Below are positions 47,728-57,527 of a DNA stretch of 64,000 nt, in pieces (position 1 is the stretch's first letter; each line of letters opens with the position of its first letter). The translations under genes and the position numbers were made by a program. The stretch is taken from the NCBI GenBank assembly GCA_963169855.1, contig CAUJCN010000002.1, forward strand, positions 581,608 to 645,607. The letters run 5' to 3'. The notes beneath the pieces are model-generated. The model was given only the letters and a program-made list of their open reading frames with translations. It was not told the DNA's origin and ran no database searches. The stretch is from Patescibacteria group bacterium (GTDB taxonomy: Bacteria; Patescibacteriota; Dojkabacteria; J137).

Positions 47728-49857
47728 ATGATTGATCTAGAAATTCTTAATCCTCCACAAAAAGAGGCTGTTTTACAGACAGATGGTCCTGTTCTTGTTC
47801 TTGCGGGTGCTGGATCAGGTAAAACAAGGGTTTTAACATACAGAACTGCATTCATACTGGGAACAGGTTTGGCGGGACCGGAAAATCTATTGATTCTGAC
47901 TTTTACAAATAAAGCTGCGGAAGAAATGAAGCACAGAGTTGCAGATATTCTTTCAAAAGAAAAAGAAACTAGCGGAATAAGAAATGTTCCTTGGATGGGA
48001 ACTTTTCACTCTGTTTGTGTAAAAATCTTGAGAAAATATGGAAACGCAATTGGAGTAGATCGAAACTTCGTAATTTATGATTCTTCTGATCAGACTGTTG
48101 CGATTAAGCATGCAATGGATAGAGCAAAGGTTTCTCAGAAAGACTTTAACCCAAATGCTATTCATAACTATATTTCTTCTGCTAAAAACGAGATGATTTC
48201 CGCTGCAGACTATGAAGATAGAGCTCAGGGATATTTCCAAAATGCTGTTGCAGCCGTTTATCCGCATTATCAGGCAATACTCTCGGAAAACAACGCCTTG
48301 GATTTCGATGATTTACTATTTAGAACAGTTCAGCTTGTTCAGCAGAGTAAAAGTGTAAGAGAAGTACTACAAGATACTTTCCGATATATTCTGGTTGATG
48401 AGTACCAAGATACCAATCACGCTCAGTATATGCTGATTAAAATACTTTCTGATAAACACAGAAACATTTGTTGTGTAGGAGACGATGATCAAAGTATTTA
48501 CTCATTCAGAGGTGCAAATATTAGAAATATTCTCTCGTATGAAAAGGATTTTCCTGATTCAAAAATTATCAAATTGGAGCAAAACTACAGATCAACGCAG
48601 ACGATTTTAGAAGCTTCTTATCAAGTTATTAGTAAGAATACAAAAAGGAAGGATAAAAAATTATGGACTGAGAACGAAGGCGGAGAAAAAATCGGAATTT
48701 ATCAAGGATTCGACGACGAAGACGAAAGTAGATGGATTGTTTCGAGAGCAGAGGAGTTTATGGAAAAGGGAACTTCTCTAAAGGAAATGGCAGTTTTGTA
48801 CAGAACTAATTCGCAATCCAGATCGTTAGAAGAAGCTTTTTTGAAAGCTGGAATTCCTTACAGAATTGTTGGAGGAATTCGATTCTATGATAGAAAAGAA
48901 ATTAAAGATTTAATCGCGTACCTTAGAGTTCTTTATAATCAAAAGGATTCAATTTCGTTCCAAAGAATCATCAATGTTCCAAAAAGAGGAATTGGAGATA
49001 AAACAGCTTCGGATTTTATGGAAGATGCAAGATCTCACGGGTTTTCCCCAGCGGAATACTTGGAATCGGCAGAATCACTAAATCCTAAAATAAAAGTATT
49101 TGCAGAAATTATTCACGATTTAAAAAAGAATTTAGAAACTAGAAGCATTGTTGATTTCATGACTTACATGCTCGAAAGAACTAGATACTTGGACGAATTC
49201 AAAGATGGAACAATAGAGTCAGAAAGTCGAATCGAAAATATCCAAGAACTTGTTAATGTAGCTTCAAAATATGAAGACATGCAGACTTCCGCAGCATTAG
49301 AAGCTTTTTTGGAAGAGGTTGGTCTTCTGGAAGGAAACAATACTAGCGAAGAGACTTTGGAATCAGTAACTCTAATGACAATCCATGCAGCTAAAGGTTT
49401 GGAATTCGAATACGTCTTTGTTTGTGGGATGGAAGAAAATTTGTTCCCACATTCAAATTCGTTAATGGATAGTTCGGAGATGGAAGAGGAGAGGAGGCTG
49501 GCTTACGTTGCGGTTACAAGAGCTAAAAAGAAGCTATTCTTAACCCATGCTCAAAAAAGAAAATATTTTGGTCAGACTCAGAGAAATATGAAATCCCGAT
49601 TTATTGGAGATATTTCTGAAGATTTGGTTGAAGATCTTTCGCCATCATTTTTATCGAGTGCAGATTTATGGGGAGACTCTCAATCTCCGGCACCAAAAGT
49701 AAGGGCTAGTTACTCTACCGGCGATGAGGTTAGGCATGAATATTTCGGTAAGGGTGTGATTGATTACATGGATGACGAAATTGTAATTGTAGATTTTGGA
49801 GGTGTTTATGGAAAAAAAGAGTTGATGATTGAATATGCAAAATTAACTAGGCTGTGA
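47728..49857 (+). CDS. pcrA: ATP-dependent DNA helicase PcrA/UvrD
   Basis: Walker A AGAGSGKTRVL and UvrD-family motifs throughout. Confidence 0.85.
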   Translation: MIDLEILNPPQKEAVLQTDGPVLVLAGAGSGKTRVLTYRTAFILGTGLAGPENLLILTFTNKAAEEMKHRVADILSKEKETSGIRNVPWMGTFHSVCVKILRKYGNAIGVDRNFVIYDSSDQTVAIKHAMDRAKVSQKDFNPNAIHNYISSAKNEMISAADYEDRAQGYFQNAVAAVYPHYQAILSENNALDFDDLLFRTVQLVQQSKSVREVLQDTFRYILVDEYQDTNHAQYMLIKILSDKHRNICCVGDDDQSIYSFRGANIRNILSYEKDFPDSKIIKLEQNYRSTQTILEASYQVISKNTKRKDKKLWTENEGGEKIGIYQGFDDEDESRWIVSRAEEFMEKGTSLKEMAVLYRTNSQSRSLEEAFLKAGIPYRIVGGIRFYDRKEIKDLIAYLRVLYNQKDSISFQRIINVPKRGIGDKTASDFMEDARSHGFSPAEYLESAESLNPKIKVFAEIIHDLKKNLETRSIVDFMTYMLERTRYLDEFKDGTIESESRIENIQELVNVASKYEDMQTSAALEAFLEEVGLLEGNNTSEETLESVTLMTIHAAKGLEFEYVFVCGMEENLFPHSNSLMDSSEMEEERRLAYVAVTRAKKKLFLTHAQKRKYFGQTQRNMKSRFIGDISEDLVEDLSPSFLSSADLWGDSQSPAPKVRASYSTGDEVRHEYFGKGVIDYMDDEIVIVDFGGVYGKKELMIEYAKLTRL

Positions 49858-50160
49858 AATATTGTCATTTCGAGCTTGTCGAGAAAGAGACAATATTTTA
49901 ATTGAATCCCAATCTTCATTAATCAAAGCAAGCTTCTTTCCATGAGACCACCTTTTTATTTGTTTTTCGAAGTCAATTGCATCAATTATATTATTGAAAT
50001 CAAATGATTTTTTCATCGCCAATGGTCTTCTCGAATAGGTATAGCCTTTCTTGTTAAGTCCTTGATTATGTTCAGACAATCTTCGATCTAGGTTGTTTGT
50101 AACTCCTGTGTAAAAAGTGCCATCAGAACACTCAAGAATGTATACGTAGTAAATTTTCAT
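49843..50160 (-). CDS. GIY-YIG nuclease superfamily protein (UPF0213/YhbQ-like)
   Basis: YVYILECSDGTFYTGVTNNLDRRLSEHN; the C-terminal 15 aa are encoded by the flanking repeat. Confidence 0.7.
   Translation of the reverse strand: MKIYYVYILECSDGTFYTGVTNNLDRRLSEHNQGLNKKGYTYSRRPLAMKKSFDFNNIIDAIDFEKQIKRWSHGKKLALINEDWDSIKILSLSRQARNDNISQPS
49861..49894 (+). repeat. terminal inverted repeat B of the GIY-YIG element
   Basis: attgtcatttcgagcttgtcgagaaagagacaat, with ATTGTC/GACAAT ends. Confidence 0.5.
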
Positions 50161-50220
50161 AAGACAATCTTAGCTTGATGTTTGATAATATTCATTGTGC
50201 TAGAAGACAACTTTTGTAGC

Positions 50221-50252
50221 ACTGTCGCATCTCGACAGGCTCGATGTGACAG
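50221..50252 (-). repeat. terminal inverted repeat C (diverged, about 78% to the core), inverted relative to B
   Basis: actgtcgcatctcgacaggctcgatgtgacag. Confidence 0.4.
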
Positions 50253-50356
50253 CTATCTTTACCAGCCAGACTAATCACCATATGCTTTATATAACTTCCG
50301 ATTCGGCTTTACAATGTTATTCAACGGGTGTATGATCATAAGTTTTGTCTTAAATT

Positions 50357-50686
50357 ATGGGAAACACAAGTTTCGGTATTTTGGGTTCGGGGTATGATTC
50401 ATATTCAGAGGTTAATCCAGCTCATTTGAGTTATTGTAATTCGTTGGCCAAGGCTCTTGGATTAGATGGTATAGAGATTATGCCGGAGTCTGTATCGTTC
50501 AGTAGAAGGTCGTGTGCTGCAACATTCAGAGTATTGGATCTTAATACAGACGAAACTAAAAAGGTTTGTATCTGTAAGAATGGAACTTTTCATATTACTG
50601 TTGATGGAGAAGCGATCGATTTCAAATCTTCAAAATACCCACAACTTCCTAATTGTCTTCAGCAAGTTTTCAGAGTAGAAGCGTAA
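50357..50686 (+). CDS. hypothetical protein
   Basis: ORF only. Confidence 0.3.
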   Translation: MGNTSFGILGSGYDSYSEVNPAHLSYCNSLAKALGLDGIEIMPESVSFSRRSCAATFRVLDLNTDETKKVCICKNGTFHITVDGEAIDFKSSKYPQLPNCLQQVFRVEA

Positions 50687-50707
50687 GCTTTCTGCTAAAA
50701 TCATTGT

Positions 50708-51385
50708 ATGAAAATTGATATTCTGACATTATTCCCAAATTCGTTTTCTTTCTTGCAGGAAAGTATTATGAAGCGTGCGAAAGAAAGCGGAGCTGTGGAG
50801 ATTAATATCCACAATATTCGAGACAAAGCTACTGATAAGCATAAAACTGCTGACGATAGACCTTTCGGAGGTGGGCCAGGAATGTTAATGAAGTTCGAGC
50901 CAATTTATAGATCTCTTAAATCTATTGGAGTTTATCCCGAAAGAGATGCTTCAACAAAAGTTCTATTCACCTCACCTAAAGGATCAAAATGGACCCAGTC
51001 TATGGCTCAGGAATTCTCTCAAAATATAGATCGGTTGGTTATCATTTGTGGTCATTACGAAGGTGTGGATCAAAGAGTTTTGGATGAATTGGTAGACGCC
51101 GAAATTAGTATTGGAGATTACGTTTTATCTGGAGGAGAGCTTCCTGCACAAATTATTGTAGATTCGATTGTTAGGCTTATTCCAGGCGTTCTAGGAAACG
51201 AAGAGTCACCAATTAAGGAAACTGAATTTAAAGATGGTGAGGTTATTCCAGAGGCTCCTCAATATACCCGACCTGAGATCTTTGTAACAGACGAAGGGAA
51301 AGAGCTTAAAGTTCCAGATATTCTTCTTAGTGGTCATCACGCAGAAATAGAAAAGTGGAGAAATCAACACAGATCTTCTAATTAA
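50708..51385 (+). CDS. trmD: tRNA (guanine37-N1)-methyltransferase
   Basis: MKIDILTLFP N-terminus, GGGPGMLM and the SPOUT knot region. Confidence 0.85.
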   Translation: MKIDILTLFPNSFSFLQESIMKRAKESGAVEINIHNIRDKATDKHKTADDRPFGGGPGMLMKFEPIYRSLKSIGVYPERDASTKVLFTSPKGSKWTQSMAQEFSQNIDRLVIICGHYEGVDQRVLDELVDAEISIGDYVLSGGELPAQIIVDSIVRLIPGVLGNEESPIKETEFKDGEVIPEAPQYTRPEIFVTDEGKELKVPDILLSGHHAEIEKWRNQHRSSN

Positions 51386-51447
51386 ACAGTCCCCGCTAAC
51401 TAATTATTAATCCAAACGAATTTGTACACACCAGTGCTCCCGATGTT

Positions 51448-51482
51448 ACGAAATAAAATGTTACGCAAATTTACGTAACATT
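51448..51482 (-). terminator. hairpin terminator for the 51531-53801 gene
   Basis: AAUGUUACG-N8-CGUAACAUU stem followed by UUUAUUU on the minus strand. Confidence 0.4.
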
Positions 51483-51530
51483 AGGCGCGAAAAATGGATA
51501 AGTTTGTCAAAATTGTAGGTAAAGATGGGA

Positions 51531-53801
51531 TTATTTAATAACTCGTTTGATTAATTCTTCAGTGAAAAGTGCGCCATGGAAAGGATGGAAAAGTGCTTCC
51601 GCAATTTCGGTAGGAAGTGCGACTAGTTTTGTCTTTGCATCAGCTGTAACTATGTAGCTATACCTTTCTCCAGTTGGTAGAGTAGCAGAAATGGTCAAAC
51701 TATCTCCGGTTTCAAGTTTCTTGAAACTTCCAAGTTTAATAGCTGGAGAAATTAACTCGCTTTTGCCATTTCTCGAATATCGTAGTGTTAGTCCTGATTT
51801 ATTAATAAAGCTTAGCGAACCGTCTAGCTTGTTTGTGATGTTAATAATTGGAGTTATGAATACATTTTCTTGGTTAATTTCAATGTCTTGTAATGTACCT
51901 GCACGTCTTAAATCATTAAGTCTTTCCTTCAGTTCGTCGAAATATTTATCCAGAATAGTATTAGATTCATTAATTTTTAAGTGTAATTTAGCAATGGCTT
52001 CTGAATGTAGTCTCTTTAATTCCTCGCTACTTTCAGCATCGCTTAGTGTAATATCTTCTGAAAGTTCACTTTGTGAACTCTTTAATTCTCTAAAAATAGC
52101 TTCGTAATTTCTCTCGGGTGCGTTAAGTAAGTTGGTTAGCGCAGATGTTTTTTCTTCTAGCCTCTGTAAAATAGCCCTTAGTTTATCTGGCATTTGTGGA
52201 CCAACCTCCGCTACTGGAGCTTCTTTGGAGGGAGTCGTCACTGGGCTTTGTGGAATGATTGGAGTAAGATTTCCTGTTAAAGGCTGCCCAGCTTTCTCGG
52301 CAGGTTTTTCTGCACCAACTTTACTTGCAAGTTTTTGAACAAGATCTACCAATGCAACGATATTAGGATTTTCGTCCTGAATTAGTCTATCAATTGCAGC
52401 TTGAATATCTGGAGTAAGAGCTGAAGACCCTCCTGATAAAAAGAATTTGGTCACAATCGCTACATCTGGATTGATAGTATCGTTGAATTTTTCTTTTGGT
52501 TTAAATCCGTTTAGGGTTCTAGTTAAATCTTCTTTGTATGATCGTTCTGTAGTAGGACTTTCTTTTCTTTTCTCACCCAGTTTGTACCCAACGATTTGGA
52601 AAGCAATTTTGTCAAAAAAGATTCCCAAGCTAGATTCCAATACTCCTTGTGCAATCTCCCAATCTTTACCTAATTTATCCAAAGTTTTTGGAGCAGAGTT
52701 GAATGTGTTCTTCGCTTTTTCAATTTCTGTAGCTAGTTCCTCTGTAGGGGTTTTCATTCCGTTGATTATTTCTTGAAGTTCAGAAAGAAGCTGACGATTC
52801 TTTGTATCTCTCTGTGTATCCTCCTCAGTATCTGATCTAATTTCAGTAACAAGTAACGCACGATTCATTGTGCTAAATGTCATAAGATCGGAATTGTTTA
52901 GATCAAGCTGGGCTATACGGTTGAACTGTACTTGCATCTCTTCGGTTCTTCTGATCATTTCGTCGTTTGATATTATATTACTATCAATATCAGAAAGTAA
53001 TTCCTCTGCCTTTTCGTGAATTTGCTGTATTGTTTGATCTGTACCTTCCAAATAAGAACGGGCACTCTCGATATCTTCTACTTGCTGTCCTGTAAGATGG
53101 GCATTAAAGTAAATTACTAAGTTATTAAGAGCGTTGATTGATTCACTAAGAGCAGCTTTCACTTCATCTCTTGCATCTATCATTTCTGATGTGTTTGGTC
53201 CTTGTTTTTGTCTGTCGGATAGTTTTGATAGTGCAGCTGTTATCTGTGCTTTAGCTTTCTTTCTAGCTTCCGCCACAGAATCGTTCATGTTTTCTGGAGT
53301 TAGGTTGTCTACATCGATTTTGTAAGCTAACTTTGTAAATTCTAGAATCATCGCACCAAGCCCAATATTTTCAAACATTTGCTCTAAAAGCTTATGAGAG
53401 GGATGCTCTTTCGCCTCAGAGACCGGTAGCTTCTCTTTGTATTCTAGATAGGAAGTTAAAAAATTCTTTGCATAGTTTTTTACTTCGATAGCACGCACAG
53501 CAGGTGTTTGTACTGTCTCGGCAGAACTTCCTGGAGCTTGAGCCATAGAACTCATTCTTGTTAAAGCTTCGGCTCTCTTTCTCCTTTCGGTATACTGTTC
53601 TTCAACTTTTATAAGACTTTGCTCGAGTCGACTGAGTTCTTCTGATCCCAAAGTTCTTACATATTCTGGAAGTGAAATTTTCTGTGCAGCTAACATCTGC
53701 TCAATTTTGCTAACTATTGCGTTTTCGTTTATTCGTCCGAGATCTACAGGTGCTTTTAGAGGTGGAAAGGGCTTATTTGTATTTAATGCAGATTCTGCCA
53801 T
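51531..53801 (-). CDS. large (756 aa) cytoplasmic coiled-coil hypothetical protein
   Basis: No TM segment, no signal peptide, no nucleotide-binding motif; elevated GC. Confidence 0.4.
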   Translation of the reverse strand: MAESALNTNKPFPPLKAPVDLGRINENAIVSKIEQMLAAQKISLPEYVRTLGSEELSRLEQSLIKVEEQYTERRKRAEALTRMSSMAQAPGSSAETVQTPAVRAIEVKNYAKNFLTSYLEYKEKLPVSEAKEHPSHKLLEQMFENIGLGAMILEFTKLAYKIDVDNLTPENMNDSVAEARKKAKAQITAALSKLSDRQKQGPNTSEMIDARDEVKAALSESINALNNLVIYFNAHLTGQQVEDIESARSYLEGTDQTIQQIHEKAEELLSDIDSNIISNDEMIRRTEEMQVQFNRIAQLDLNNSDLMTFSTMNRALLVTEIRSDTEEDTQRDTKNRQLLSELQEIINGMKTPTEELATEIEKAKNTFNSAPKTLDKLGKDWEIAQGVLESSLGIFFDKIAFQIVGYKLGEKRKESPTTERSYKEDLTRTLNGFKPKEKFNDTINPDVAIVTKFFLSGGSSALTPDIQAAIDRLIQDENPNIVALVDLVQKLASKVGAEKPAEKAGQPLTGNLTPIIPQSPVTTPSKEAPVAEVGPQMPDKLRAILQRLEEKTSALTNLLNAPERNYEAIFRELKSSQSELSEDITLSDAESSEELKRLHSEAIAKLHLKINESNTILDKYFDELKERLNDLRRAGTLQDIEINQENVFITPIINITNKLDGSLSFINKSGLTLRYSRNGKSELISPAIKLGSFKKLETGDSLTISATLPTGERYSYIVTADAKTKLVALPTEIAEALFHPFHGALFTEELIKRVIK

Positions 53802-53843
53802 TCAATAATCATATCAGATATTAATTAGTGTTAAAATAGGCGT

Positions 53844-54671
53844 ATGATACAGAAGAAATTCACATATTCACAAAATTTTGTAAAAAGCCCAGGTTTAATC
53901 AGGGGACTTTTAGATAAAACAAATATTGGCCTCGAAGATGTAGTATTGGATATTGGAGCAGGTAGAGGAAAAATTACAAAAGAATTATGTAAGGTTGCAG
54001 GAAGTGTAATTGCATACGAGCAAGATAGGACATTCTGGGATCTTTTGAAAGAGATTAAGGATGACAAAGAAGTTAATCCAAGAAACAATTTAAATTTAGT
54101 CTTTCAAGACTTTTTAAAAGCATATTTGCCTCAGGATAAATACAAAGTCTTTTCGAACATTCCATTTAATCAAACTGCAAGAATTGTAGAAAAACTATTG
54201 TTGGGAAAGAATCCCCCAGTTAGTACTTATCTTTTTATGCAATTCGAAGCAGCAAGAAGATATGTTGGAAGGCCAATTGGAAGGGAAATGATGCTATCAA
54301 TAATTCTAAAACATTCGTTCAAAACTAAAATCATTCATAATTTTGATGCAGAAGATTTCACCCCACCTCCAGGAGTTCAAGTTGTGTTGGTTGAATTCAT
54401 AAGAAATGAAGATTTTAATCAACAGGAATTTAGAAAATTTGGTCAGTTTGTAAAATTCTTCTTCAAATTAGGTCATCCAGAATTAATAAAGTCACTTAGA
54501 AAAATCTTTACAGAACCACAAGTTCAGAAAATGTTCTCGAACTTTCAAATGAAAAGAGACGCTACTTTAGGAGATATTGGAATTAGAGAATGGACTGAAA
54601 TCTACGATGTGTTTAATACTCTTGTAGACGATAAAAAAAGAAGAATCATCTACGGAATCGAGAAAAGCTAG
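53844..54671 (+). CDS. rRNA adenine N6-dimethyltransferase family (KsgA/Erm); Erm-like N-terminus
   Basis: SQNF motif, DIGAGRGKIT SAM-binding loop, NIPFNQT catalytic motif, FTPPP, and a C-terminal helical domain. Confidence 0.65.
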   Translation: MIQKKFTYSQNFVKSPGLIRGLLDKTNIGLEDVVLDIGAGRGKITKELCKVAGSVIAYEQDRTFWDLLKEIKDDKEVNPRNNLNLVFQDFLKAYLPQDKYKVFSNIPFNQTARIVEKLLLGKNPPVSTYLFMQFEAARRYVGRPIGREMMLSIILKHSFKTKIIHNFDAEDFTPPPGVQVVLVEFIRNEDFNQQEFRKFGQFVKFFFKLGHPELIKSLRKIFTEPQVQKMFSNFQMKRDATLGDIGIREWTEIYDVFNTLVDDKKRRIIYGIEKS

Positions 54672-55414
54672 TAGAGTAATCCTGTCTTCGCAAGTTCTCC
54701 AACAAAGTGTGTTACAAACAAGTTATCCAAAGACGATTTACTTTCGTTTCCAATTAAATTTCTGTCTGTAAGATTTTTTTGGAGAGCTTTGCTTGCAGGA
54801 TCTTCCGCGATAGGGAATGTTTCGAGATCAGGAATAGTTCCTCTCATCATTCTGTCTGTAATTATGAATGCTTCTTCGAGCCGTTTTAGTATTGTTTGGA
54901 TAAGCGGAGTGGAATTTAAAACTCTTATTCCTGATGCTGCAATGCCTTGTTTTGTTTCTTCGGATAACTTTTTGTTGAATTCCTCTCTTATTACTTTTCT
55001 GGCTTCGTTTGCCTTCTTGCTTGCTTCACGGTTCGCTGTCATTTGTTCTGGAATGCTCATAGTAGAAGCCGGATCTATTTGCATAGTAATAGGTGAAGGT
55101 AATTTTAAGACATCAAATATAGAAAGAACTATGTTTCTTACTATAGATCTAAGTCTAATTTGTTCTTCCAAATTCAGCAACTCCGATTCTTCAACCAAAT
55201 CTTTGAAGAGCCACTTCATATCGATAGATTTCAAAACAACATCTAAAAAGGCATTTCTAATTTCTGGTGTTTTTTCTGGAAAACGATTTGTATCTGTAAG
55301 TTCTTCTCCTTCCGGGTAGTATTTATCTACTGTCTCAGATATTAATCTTATGAATCTTTCTTGTTCAATAAATAATCCTTGTCGCCAATCGTCTCCTCTT
55401 TCAAAATCAACCAT
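54668..55414 (-). CDS. hypothetical protein
   Basis: ORF only. Confidence 0.3.
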   Translation of the reverse strand: MVDFERGDDWRQGLFIEQERFIRLISETVDKYYPEGEELTDTNRFPEKTPEIRNAFLDVVLKSIDMKWLFKDLVEESELLNLEEQIRLRSIVRNIVLSIFDVLKLPSPITMQIDPASTMSIPEQMTANREASKKANEARKVIREEFNKKLSEETKQGIAASGIRVLNSTPLIQTILKRLEEAFIITDRMMRGTIPDLETFPIAEDPASKALQKNLTDRNLIGNESKSSLDNLFVTHFVGELAKTGLLY

Positions 55415-55447
55415 AAATAAGTATTAACTCTATGGTTTATTCTACCA

Positions 55448-56167
55448 TTAAAATTTTTCTGTAAAGTGCATTTTCTCTTCAAAGAAAATCTCGCCCTTGA
55501 ATCCGTCGATCCACTCAACATCGTGTAAGAATCCTTCAAAACTTTCAAAATGATTAGTTACTTTTTCTTTGAATTCACTTTGTTTAATCCATTCGTATTT
55601 TCCTTCGGGGCTTTGATGAAGTTCTCCAGTTGGGTTATGAACGACAAACATATACATGAATTTATCTTCAACAACTTTTCTTTCGGTATTATCTTTTTTG
55701 TCTATTACAACATAGTGTCGAATTCCAACTAAAAAAGGTTCTCCTTTTAATCCAGCTTCTTCCATCATTTCTCGTTCCGCAGCTTCTGTAGCAAATTCTC
55801 CATACTGAACTTTTCCAGACATAAATCCTTGAGCTCCATAAAATGGTTGCTTTAATCGTGTATAAATCAGATATTCTTTCTCAGCTCCTTCTCCTCGAGT
55901 TGGGCAAACCCAAGCACTGATCTTAGCTTGCTTCATAATTTTTACAGTTTCGGTATCCATCTGATTAGCGTATTCTTTTCCTTTAGTAGTTAACCGATAA
56001 CCGCTTTCGTCTTTGCTTACCAAATCAGAATCAACAAGTTCGTTCAAATGAAAACTGAATTTATTGTTTTCCATTTCCTCGTTTGGTTTCAGCTTAGAGT
56101 AGGGTAGAGATTGAGAGAATAGAAGCTTGTTTAAAATTTGCAGCTGAATATCGTGTAGTTGTTTCAT
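55448..56167 (-). CDS. winged-helix plus NUDIX hydrolase fusion protein
   Basis: N-terminal wHTH-like segment; Nudix box GKVQYGEFATEAAEREMMEEAGL. Confidence 0.5.
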   Translation of the reverse strand: MKQLHDIQLQILNKLLFSQSLPYSKLKPNEEMENNKFSFHLNELVDSDLVSKDESGYRLTTKGKEYANQMDTETVKIMKQAKISAWVCPTRGEGAEKEYLIYTRLKQPFYGAQGFMSGKVQYGEFATEAAEREMMEEAGLKGEPFLVGIRHYVVIDKKDNTERKVVEDKFMYMFVVHNPTGELHQSPEGKYEWIKQSEFKEKVTNHFESFEGFLHDVEWIDGFKGEIFFEEKMHFTEKF

Positions 56168-56366
56168 AAGAGTATTGTAATTTCGCTTAAAGCCCTGTGC
56201 GTTAGCGGTAGGGCTTTAGCGAAGAATTTAATTAAAGTAGCGGAGCTTCTTCAACAACAAGACCAAGTAAACGGCTTTAGCACGTGTTTGGTCTTATTTT
56301 AACTACTTGGAGTTTAAATCTCAAAGGAGATAATTTGTAAGTCAACTCAAGTTGACTAGCTCAATA

Positions 56367-56591
56367 TTATTGTTCTGTTTGTCTTCCGAACTCTTGTAGT
56401 TTTAGTATTAATCGAGCATCAGAAGCTACTTTGAGTTCCTCGATCAAACCGAATAATCGAAATACTGCTTCGGATACTATAAAAGCTTCCTCTCCAACTT
56501 TTATTACTATTTCGTTTCCTAGAACTTGTGCCGTCCTTTTTGCACCGTTCATAGGGATAAATGTATGTACGATTGTTAAATCTCCCTCCAT
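56367..56591 (-). CDS. small hypothetical protein
   Basis: ORF only (74 aa). Confidence 0.2.
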   Translation of the reverse strand: MEGDLTIVHTFIPMNGAKRTAQVLGNEIVIKVGEEAFIVSEAVFRLFGLIEELKVASDARLILKLQEFGRQTEQ

Positions 56592-56596
56592 ATTAA

Positions 56597-57277
56597 TTAT
56601 TTAATGATTATTTTCTCTGCAATTGCTTTGTAAGCAGAGTCGCTTAAATGATTCACAGTAAATCCATCCTTGTATTCAGATTTTCTAACACTTTGATTAT
56701 TAGGATCAGAAATTATTGATGATGTATCGATAATTCCAGCAAATTCGTTTTCTTTTGATTCGATCCAATCATTCAACTCGAATCTTTCTTTAACCATTTG
56801 TGGAGAATTGTTATCTCGTGGAGTAACTGTAAAAGCGTAGATCTGATAATCAAGTTCTTGGTAAAAGTTGTGAATTTCTTGTAGATCTTTTTGAATCTCT
56901 TCTGAAGTTCTCGAAGCAGAAATATCGTTAATTCCTCCCCAAACAAAAACTATGTCTGGATTGTATTGAACAGCTTCTTCTTTTCTCTGATTAATCATGG
57001 AAGTTGTATCGCCATTATTTCCAAGATTCACAAAAGTGTGGAAAGGGTATTTTAGTTTTAGTCTATCGGATAAGTTAAGTTCTGGACTTCCATTTTCCCA
57101 TTTACCAAAAGTTAAACTATCGCCAATCATAACGATTGTTTTCGGAACAATAAATTCTTTAACTGTAAACGCAGAAACAACAATCGGCTTCATGCTTGCA
57201 ACAAATAGGGCAGTGGAAATAGTAAACATCAGGAATGTTTTTGCATATGTCCAAAATCTCCAGTTACTTTGCCACAT
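56597..57277 (-). CDS. SGNH/GDSL hydrolase with N-terminal membrane anchor
   Basis: GDSLT block I, VWGGINDI block III and a DGFTVNH block V-like motif. Confidence 0.55.
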   Translation of the reverse strand: MWQSNWRFWTYAKTFLMFTISTALFVASMKPIVVSAFTVKEFIVPKTIVMIGDSLTFGKWENGSPELNLSDRLKLKYPFHTFVNLGNNGDTTSMINQRKEEAVQYNPDIVFVWGGINDISASRTSEEIQKDLQEIHNFYQELDYQIYAFTVTPRDNNSPQMVKERFELNDWIESKENEFAGIIDTSSIISDPNNQSVRKSEYKDGFTVNHLSDSAYKAIAEKIIIK

Positions 57278-57527
57278 AAGGGTTTAATAAGTGACGAAGT
57301 TTATCACGAAATTAATGTTTTAGGAAAATTTTTCAATAATGGTATTGTTAGTTATTGGGATTTGATTTTTGGATACAGTTCGACAAGCTCACTGTGAAAT
57401 TTTATAGGAAGATAGAAGCAACAGCTCTCGTAGGTATTGTAAACAGTAATGAAAGAGCCTTGTCCGTGATAAAACTTGGACGCGTTGCTCCTATCTTCCT
57501 CCTAGCGCCGCCTACGTCCTCGAGGAC

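Larger units (their letters stand above)
49861..50252. mobile_element. putative miniature GIY-YIG-carrying element bounded by imperfect terminal inverted repeats
   Basis: Inverted repeat copies on both sides of a 105-aa nuclease gene, plus a near-identical solo repeat at 32.3 kb. Confidence 0.35.
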
